DNA of 64,000 nucleotides from an uncultured Alphaproteobacteria bacterium (GTDB lineage Bacteria; Pseudomonadota; Alphaproteobacteria; CAAHEQ01; UBA3637): NCBI GenBank assembly GCA_934216505.1, contig CAKQBW010000001.1, positions 20,553 to 84,552 of the forward strand, read 5' to 3'. Shown piece by piece: positions 58,515 to 64,000 of this stretch (position 1 is its first letter; each line of letters starts with the position of its first letter). The notes under the pieces were generated by a model. It saw only the letters and a program-made list of their open reading frames with translations, ran no database searches and was not told where the DNA came from. The position numbers and the translations under genes were made by a program.

Positions 58515-59024
58515 ATGAAAACTCAATCAGGCCGTTCTATGTTGGAAATCATTGGCGTTTTGGCGATTATCAGTGTCTTGTCTGTGGGTGGGTTGTATGC
58601 CTATAAGACCGCCATAAACAAACGAAAAGTGAATGATATTTTAAATATGATTCAAACGCAATCTGTGATGATTTCAACGGCGATGCAAAATAAAGACTTT
58701 AAAAATGCCGATGAAATGAATGCCTTTTTATCAGACTTTAACACGAAAGTAGCGGGCTATAATATCACTTTTGAATTTCCAAAGGACGCCGAGTTTAATC
58801 CAAAAAATTATGTCAGCAAGATTACAGATGAAAGCAATCAGCCCATTCAAGGGAGGATGTGTCGTGAGTTGATGCGTTCTATGATGGAACAAAGAATGAT
58901 TTCTGATATCGGAGTGACCGTTTTGGAAGACAGGGATGAAGATGGGGTGGCCGAAAAATTCAACTTGCGTTTGAATGGATTGTCTATCAACTTAGACGCT
59001 GTTTGTGGGACAGATTCTTTGTAA
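58515..59024 (+). CDS. prepilin-type (type IV pilin-like) protein, 169 aa, with C-terminal Cys pair
   Basis: N-terminus MKTQSG|RSMLEIIGVLAIISVLSVGGLYAYKTAINKRKVNDIL; two Cys (GRMCRELM ... DAVCGTDSL) like a pilin D-region disulfide. Confidence 0.6.
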   Translation: MKTQSGRSMLEIIGVLAIISVLSVGGLYAYKTAINKRKVNDILNMIQTQSVMISTAMQNKDFKNADEMNAFLSDFNTKVAGYNITFEFPKDAEFNPKNYVSKITDESNQPIQGRMCRELMRSMMEQRMISDIGVTVLEDRDEDGVAEKFNLRLNGLSINLDAVCGTDSL

Positions 59025-59035
59025 AGAATTTGTCC

Positions 59036-59064
59036 TTGACAATTTAAAACTTTTTTGTTATAAT
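59036..59064 (+). promoter_or_regulatory. consensus promoter TTGACA-17-TATAAT upstream of rpsD
   Basis: Perfect hexamers; a ~105-nt leader follows. Confidence 0.65.
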
Positions 59065-59169
59065 GGCAAACATTCCCTGAGAATGTGGAGCAGGCGGAAA
59101 AAACCATCTGTTCACGCTTTTACAATTCGGTAAAAGACTATCGGGGGCAACTTAAAATAAGGAAATAAA

Positions 59170-59784
59170 ATGTCTAAAAGACTTGAATCTAAATTTAAAA
59201 TTGAACGCCGTTTGGGCGCCAATTTGTCAGGTAAAGCAAAATCTTCTTTTAATAAACGCAACTATGGACCTGGGCAACATGGGGCTGATCGTAAAAAATC
59301 AACAGACTATGGAACTCAGTTGCATGCAAAGCAAAAATTCAAGGGTGTTTATGGAAATATCTCTGAAAAACAATTAAAGAAGTATTATGCAGAAGCCGTA
59401 CGTCGTAAAGGCGATAGTTCTGAAAATTTGGTGGGTATCTTGGAAACACGGTTGGATAGCGTTGTATATCGTTTGAAGTTCGTGAATTCTGTGTATGCGG
59501 CCCGTCAATTTATTAACCATGGTCATATTACCGTGAATGGTAAGCGGGTGAATATTCCTTCTTACCTGGTTAAAGCGGGTGATGTGATTGCTGTTTATGG
59601 CAAAGCCAAGGAAATGCCTTTTGTGGCAGAAGCCTTAGCCTCAACAGACCGCAATGTGCCAGATTATATGACTTTAGATGAAAAGGAAATGCGGGGTACT
59701 TTTGTACGTGTTCCTACATTTACCGAAATCCCATATGCGGCGCAAATGGAACCAAATTTGGTTATCGAATTCTATTCTCGGTAA
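59170..59784 (+). CDS. rpsD: 30S ribosomal protein S4
   Basis: 204 aa with S4 domain ([42 protein letters not shown]). TTGACA-17-TATAAT promoter at 59036-59064. Confidence 0.93.
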   Translation: MSKRLESKFKIERRLGANLSGKAKSSFNKRNYGPGQHGADRKKSTDYGTQLHAKQKFKGVYGNISEKQLKKYYAEAVRRKGDSSENLVGILETRLDSVVYRLKFVNSVYAARQFINHGHITVNGKRVNIPSYLVKAGDVIAVYGKAKEMPFVAEALASTDRNVPDYMTLDEKEMRGTFVRVPTFTEIPYAAQMEPNLVIEFYSR

Positions 59785-59819
59785 TTTATTTGGGGTTAGA
59801 ACAAGACAGACCGTCCAGT

Positions 59820-60446
59820 TTATTTTTGGGCGGTTTGTTTTATGTCAGAAATGAGTTCAGGTAGATCAGGGAACATTTTTTTTAATCTTAACCATGCTAA
59901 CCGTGATAGGTGGGGATTATTATCCACACTAATTAAGCCATCAATTTGGTTGGGATAATCAAATAAAAATTGGGCTGTTTTTTCTAAAAATAAATTGCTT
60001 GTTTGAAAAAAGAGGAATTTCTTTTCTGCCCAAGACAGCCACAATTCTTGTAAACTTATGTTTTCGGAAGAAAGAGAAACAATTGTTTTATCAAAATTGC
60101 CAGATAAGATGATTAAATCGGAAATGAATTGTTGTTGAAAACTTTTTGGTTTTACTGAAAGGGGGTGAATTGCTTTTCCTGATAAAATGGGGATTTGTTT
60201 GATATAGTGAATGGCTTTGGATAGGGCAGCCTTATCCATAAGTACTTTGTCCAAGTGTAAATCAATCTTTTCTTTTAAGGAAACACCTATATTGCCATCA
60301 ACCAATAGAGGAAGATGATTTTGATTTTTTATATATTGACAAAGAGAAAAAGCGGAAGGCCATGTATCGCTTCCATCAACAGACATGAAAAGGATATTTT
60401 TATAAAGGGTATTTGTATTTTGAAGAGGGATGTTTATAAAGGGCAT
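59820..60446 (-). CDS. hypothetical protein (208 aa)
   Basis: ORF coupled to the upstream minus-strand gene (start/stop overlap at 60446); no recognisable motif. Confidence 0.4.
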   Translation of the reverse strand: MPFINIPLQNTNTLYKNILFMSVDGSDTWPSAFSLCQYIKNQNHLPLLVDGNIGVSLKEKIDLHLDKVLMDKAALSKAIHYIKQIPILSGKAIHPLSVKPKSFQQQFISDLIILSGNFDKTIVSLSSENISLQELWLSWAEKKFLFFQTSNLFLEKTAQFLFDYPNQIDGLISVDNNPHLSRLAWLRLKKMFPDLPELISDIKQTAQK

Positions 60447-61018
60447 TATGCTGTATTTTGTTCTTTTACGTAAATAAAGATTAGAAGGAGGAGTAAAGAA
60501 AAGAAGAGAACTCCCATAATCCCAGCCAATCGGATAAGGGTTAGTCGTGAAAGACCAAAAGTAAAGAAAGAATGTTGATAAAAGGGTAAAATTTCAATAG
60601 AAAGGGTATCCCCCATTTGGGGATTGATTCCCAAAGCAGATTCCACAAAAGTTTTATATGAATCTAATTTGAAAGGAGTTGTGGTATTTAAAAGCAGTCC
60701 AATATGTTGTTGGTCAATCACAATTGCTTGTGATTGATTCAAGGTTGTAATGGCTTTATTAGACAAACGTTTTTGTGTATTTAACTGTGTCTTTTTTAAA
60801 GAAATCCGAACAAAGGCTTTGGCATTTCCTGGTCCTACCAAACTTTCCAAAGAAGCCTCTAATTCATTTTTTATCTGTTGAGAATACCTATTTTGAAGTT
60901 GAAAGAGTTGAATCTCTTCAGATGCGGAAAAATTAGAAGCAGACACAAGTTGTCCCGCTACAAAAAAGATGCAGGCTAAGATAAAAAACTCTAACACATA
61001 TAAAAAGTTTTTAAGCAT
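60446..61018 (-). CDS. hypothetical envelope protein with N-terminal signal/lipobox-like segment and C-terminal TM anchor (190 aa)
   Basis: N-terminus MLKNFLYVLEFFILACIFFVAGQLVSA; ~130-aa hydrophilic middle; C-terminal TM LIRLAGIMGVLFFSLLLLLIFIYV. Topology resembles YscJ/PrgK-type ring lipoproteins, but sequence similarity is weak. Confidence 0.4.
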   Translation of the reverse strand: MLKNFLYVLEFFILACIFFVAGQLVSASNFSASEEIQLFQLQNRYSQQIKNELEASLESLVGPGNAKAFVRISLKKTQLNTQKRLSNKAITTLNQSQAIVIDQQHIGLLLNTTTPFKLDSYKTFVESALGINPQMGDTLSIEILPFYQHSFFTFGLSRLTLIRLAGIMGVLFFSLLLLLIFIYVKEQNTA

Positions 61019-61123
61019 TTTTTCCTTTTTGTTTCTTCCCCTACAGGGAGATTCTCCTTTTTTTTGGATGAAATGTCAAGAATTATTTTGATTTTTTATG
61101 ACCTATATGGTATAATTATCTCT

Positions 61124-61789
61124 ATGAAATGGGATATACATCAATTTGAAACATTAGAAAGTACAAATCAAACGGCTTTTTCTTGCCCCGTTGGGACAGT
61201 CGTTATGGCGGAAACACAAACGGCGGGGCGAGGGCGCTACGGACGCACTTGGCAAAGCCCTAAAGGAAATCTATATATGTCTTTGGTCTTACCTGATTTG
61301 GGGAAAAGTACGCTCTACCTTCCTTTTTTAACAGGGTTGGTTGTGGCGGATAGTTTGCCAGAATTTAATGTCAGTTTGAAATGGCCCAATGATGTTTTGT
61401 TGGATGGGAAAAAAGTGGCGGGTATTTTGATTGAAAAGCAATCTAACAAAGTGATTGTGGGAATTGGGGTGAATCTTGTTTCAAATCCCGAAGAAAATGT
61501 GCTTTACCCGACCACTAATTTAGAGGGGTGCTTGCGCCCAATGACATTGGCAAAGAGAATTTTATTACAGTATAATACTTTGTTGGATTTGTTGGATAAA
61601 AAGGGGTTTAACCCTATTCGTGAGAGGTGGTTGAAATCTGCCAAAGGAATCAAAAAGATGATGACTATTCATTTGCCTGATGCGGAAATAACGGGTATTT
61701 TTAAAGGAATTGACAAAACGGGGGCTTTACTATTAAAAACCCCAAAAAAAACAATGAAAATCACTGTTGGTGATGTATTTTTAATATAA
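61124..61789 (+). CDS. birA: biotin--[acetyl-CoA-carboxylase] ligase (group I, no HTH)
   Basis: QTAGRGRYGRTWQSPKGNLYMS matches the GRGRxGRxWxSPxG motif. Start taken at MKWDIHQ; listed ORF starts 60 nt upstream. Confidence 0.85.
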   Translation: MKWDIHQFETLESTNQTAFSCPVGTVVMAETQTAGRGRYGRTWQSPKGNLYMSLVLPDLGKSTLYLPFLTGLVVADSLPEFNVSLKWPNDVLLDGKKVAGILIEKQSNKVIVGIGVNLVSNPEENVLYPTTNLEGCLRPMTLAKRILLQYNTLLDLLDKKGFNPIRERWLKSAKGIKKMMTIHLPDAEITGIFKGIDKTGALLLKTPKKTMKITVGDVFLI

Positions 61790-61799
61790 AGGATAAAAA

Positions 61800-63473
61800 A
61801 TGACACAAGAAATTGAAAAATTGGAATTACCCCAAAATGAACTTTTATTTGTTCCTATTGGTGGGGCCACGGGTGTGGGCATGAATTGCTTTGCTTATGG
61901 TTATCAGGGAAAATGGTTGATTGTGGATTTGGGAATAGGTTTTCCTGATGATAATTTACCTGGAGTGGATTGTTTATTACCTGATGTTTGTTTTTTGAAA
62001 GAGCGTAAGGAAGATATTGTTGGTTTGGTAATTACACACGCCCATGAAGATCATATTGGGGCGATCGGTTATTTGTGGCGGGATTTAAATTGTCCAATTT
62101 ATTGTACAGCCTTTGCTAAAGAATTGATTGAAAATAAATTAGCAGAGGAAGGATTGTTGGGTCGGGTTGAACTATGTCAAGTACCCCAAGGTGGCGTAGT
62201 TGATTTGTTTCCTTTTAGCGTGGAATTTATTTCTATGACGCATTCTATTCCCGAACCAAATGCTTTGGCAATCAGAACAGATAGAGGAATGGTTATTCAT
62301 ACAGGGGATTGGCGTTTTGAAGACAAAAAAGACGAAAATTATACGGATTATGAGACTTTAAAGTCTTTGGGAAAAGAAGGAGTGTTGGCGGCTGTTTGTA
62401 CTTCAACAAATACTTCGGAAGAAAAAGTTCAAGCCAGCGAATCTGATGTCAAGGAATCTCTATCCAAGTTGGTGGCCGAATATCCAGAAAATCAAATTGC
62501 AATTGGGTGTTTTGCCAGCAATGTGCGCCGTATGGAAAGCATTTATTGGGCGGCTCATGAAAATGGGCGGGAAGTGTGTTTATTGGGGCGCAGTTTATGG
62601 CGTGTTGATGCGGCTGCACGGGCTTGTGGTTATTTCAAAGATATCCCCGAATTTTTATCTGAATCAGAGGCGTTGGAAAAACCATCAAATAAGGTTTTGT
62701 ATATGTGTACGGGGTCGCAGGGTGAACGTTTTTCTGCATTGAATAATTTGGCGGCTTTGACGCCTAATCCCCATGGGGTTATTTTTGGAAAAGATGATGT
62801 GGTGATTTTTTCGTCCAGCGTTATTCCTGGAAATGAAAAAGCCATTGATTTTTTGCAAAAACGATTACAATCCAAAGGGATTCGTATTATTACAGAACGC
62901 AATGCTTTGGTGCATATTTCGGGGCATTATGCGGGAAATGATTTGGAAAAAATGTATAAAATGTTAAAACCTCATATTGTTTTACCGATTCACGGGGATA
63001 CGTTAAATTTGAACTGTCATGCACAAATGGTGAAAGAAATGGGCATTCCTTATGTTTTCACTTTGAATGATGGGGAAATGATTGTATTGAAAGATAAACC
63101 CGAGATCTTGGGCGAGGTTCCCAGTGGTATTTTAGCGGTTGATGGGAAGCAAATTATCCCTCTGCATGCGGATGTGATTAAAAAGCGCCGCAAAATGATG
63201 GATGAAGGGACAGTTGTTTTAACTTTGGTCGTAAATAAAAAAGCTCAATTGATGGGGGAAGTACAACTTTCAAGTTTTGGATTGCTGGATGATTCAGAAG
63301 AATTAAAAGCTGAACTTGTCCAAAATATCCATCAGGCTTTGGCTGAAATTGAGACAACCCGTTTGGAAGACGATAACCTGATTAAAGACAAAATGCGTCA
63401 TACGATTCGGACTTTTATGAACGCAAAATTTGGGAAAAAACCTCTGATGGATATTCATTTAATCAGAATTTGA
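61800..63473 (+). CDS. rnj: ribonuclease J (beta-CASP metallo-beta-lactamase family)
   Basis: 557 aa; VITHAHEDHIGA motif, beta-CASP region, C-terminal domain. Confidence 0.85.
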   Translation: MTQEIEKLELPQNELLFVPIGGATGVGMNCFAYGYQGKWLIVDLGIGFPDDNLPGVDCLLPDVCFLKERKEDIVGLVITHAHEDHIGAIGYLWRDLNCPIYCTAFAKELIENKLAEEGLLGRVELCQVPQGGVVDLFPFSVEFISMTHSIPEPNALAIRTDRGMVIHTGDWRFEDKKDENYTDYETLKSLGKEGVLAAVCTSTNTSEEKVQASESDVKESLSKLVAEYPENQIAIGCFASNVRRMESIYWAAHENGREVCLLGRSLWRVDAAARACGYFKDIPEFLSESEALEKPSNKVLYMCTGSQGERFSALNNLAALTPNPHGVIFGKDDVVIFSSSVIPGNEKAIDFLQKRLQSKGIRIITERNALVHISGHYAGNDLEKMYKMLKPHIVLPIHGDTLNLNCHAQMVKEMGIPYVFTLNDGEMIVLKDKPEILGEVPSGILAVDGKQIIPLHADVIKKRRKMMDEGTVVLTLVVNKKAQLMGEVQLSSFGLLDDSEELKAELVQNIHQALAEIETTRLEDDNLIKDKMRHTIRTFMNAKFGKKPLMDIHLIRI

Positions 63474-63836
63474 TTGAACGAAAATGTATTCAAAATCAGG
63501 TCCTTTTAGAATCAGGTGATTTTCTTTGATTTGGATGGTGTTGATTTTATCCAAGTTATGGAAGTATTGCTTTTCTGCCTCCATTTCGTTGGGGGTTCCA
63601 GCCATCATAGTTGTTCCTTGAAGGTCTAAGTGTATGGATTGATTTTTCAGACGAAAAAGACCGAAATAACTATTGATCATCGTTCCAGAAAAATTGCCAT
63701 CAGGATGAAAAGCAATAGAGGTCCTAATTCCATCAATATCAGATTGATAAATTTTCCCCACAGGTGTTGCGTTTTGTTGGGAACAAGCTCCTAAAAATAA
63801 AAAAAGTAAAATCATTATTTTTTTCATAAAAATCAT
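63459..63836 (-). CDS. META/HslJ-like lipoprotein
   Basis: Lipobox LFLGAC after a Lys-rich n-region (start at MKKIMILLFL, or 3 codons earlier at MIFMKK). Listed ORF extends a further 93 nt upstream. GNFSGTMINSYFGLFRL...NEMEAEKQYF matches the META-domain pattern. Confidence 0.55.
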   Translation of the reverse strand: MIFMKKIMILLFLFLGACSQQNATPVGKIYQSDIDGIRTSIAFHPDGNFSGTMINSYFGLFRLKNQSIHLDLQGTTMMAGTPNEMEAEKQYFHNLDKINTIQIKENHLILKGPDFEYIFVQSNSD

Positions 63837-63957
63837 TATAGAAGTTTTTTTTATATTTTTCAAGAAAAAAAATAAGTTTATTTTTCTCTTGCCTTTATGA
63901 TGATTTTTCTTTAGAATGGGTTTTACCATTTATATAAATTATATGAAAGGAATCAGA

Positions 63958-64000
63958 TGAACGAAGAAAATAAAGCAAAAGTTGATGCCATTATTCGTAA
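63958..64000 (+). CDS. 5' end of a CDS running off the window (MNEENKAKVDAIIR...)
   Basis: ATG preceded by GAAAGGAA; only 14 codons visible. Confidence 0.25.

Noticed and set aside
60446-61018. Calling this gene a type III secretion YscJ/PrgK ring protein
   Set aside because: Only topology and size match; I could not recognise the family's conserved motifs. It is kept as a low-confidence hypothesis, not an annotation.
1-64000. CRISPR arrays, insertion sequences/transposases, integrases, rRNA genes
   Set aside because: No short-period direct-repeat/spacer arrays, no transposase-like or integrase-like ORFs, and no rRNA-like sequence were found.

Overview
This 64-kb window is low-GC chromosomal DNA from an alphaproteobacterium. 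Gene content suggests a host-associated Rickettsiales/Holosporales-like lineage, but that is inference.

Housekeeping backbone. The largest block is one continuous str-S10-spc-alpha ribosomal protein superoperon (rpsL to rplQ, 19.9-36.7 kb). secY and adk sit inside it. tuf is absent from the canonical position after fusA, and rpmD from its canonical position before rplO. Other housekeeping genes are gltX, slyX, tolB, rpsB-tsf-frr-uppS (no pyrH between tsf and frr), dnaB, ruvA, ruvB, ybgC-tolQ-tolR-tolA, glgA, ddh, rpmI-rplT, rpsD, birA, RNase J and one tRNA-Glu.

Accessory content with no single known explanation:
- 1-10.1 kb, envelope-protein island. It holds the 3' end of a huge Gly-rich/YD-like repeat protein. 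Next come two polytopic membrane proteins that share a CWPC motif and may be TrbL/VirB6-like. A CI-like tandem-HTH regulator and two hypothetical genes follow. The island ends with a compact 384-aa secretin-like protein whose stop codon abuts the start of a Pro/Gln-rich bitopic partner.
- Three dispersed prepilin-like genes share the N-terminus G|RS(L/M)(L/V)E(I/M) and sit next to ribosomal operons. Two are fused or adjacent to eukaryote-like Cys-rich modules (CPAGTY / ephrin-receptor-like, and a 4x37-aa Cys-repeat array). Twin perfect 18-bp palindromes lie upstream of one of these genes.
- A signal-peptide Cys-rich gene is wedged between ruvA and ruvB with overlapping stop/start at both ends.
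- A trimeric autotransporter adhesin is present.
- A minus-strand MoxR-DUF58-TM-SGNH operon lacks the usual VWA partners.
- A hybrid histidine kinase, a TolC-like channel, ComF, TspO and an unlisted 59-aa ORF with a near-consensus promoter are also present.

No CRISPR arrays, transposases or rRNA genes were seen.
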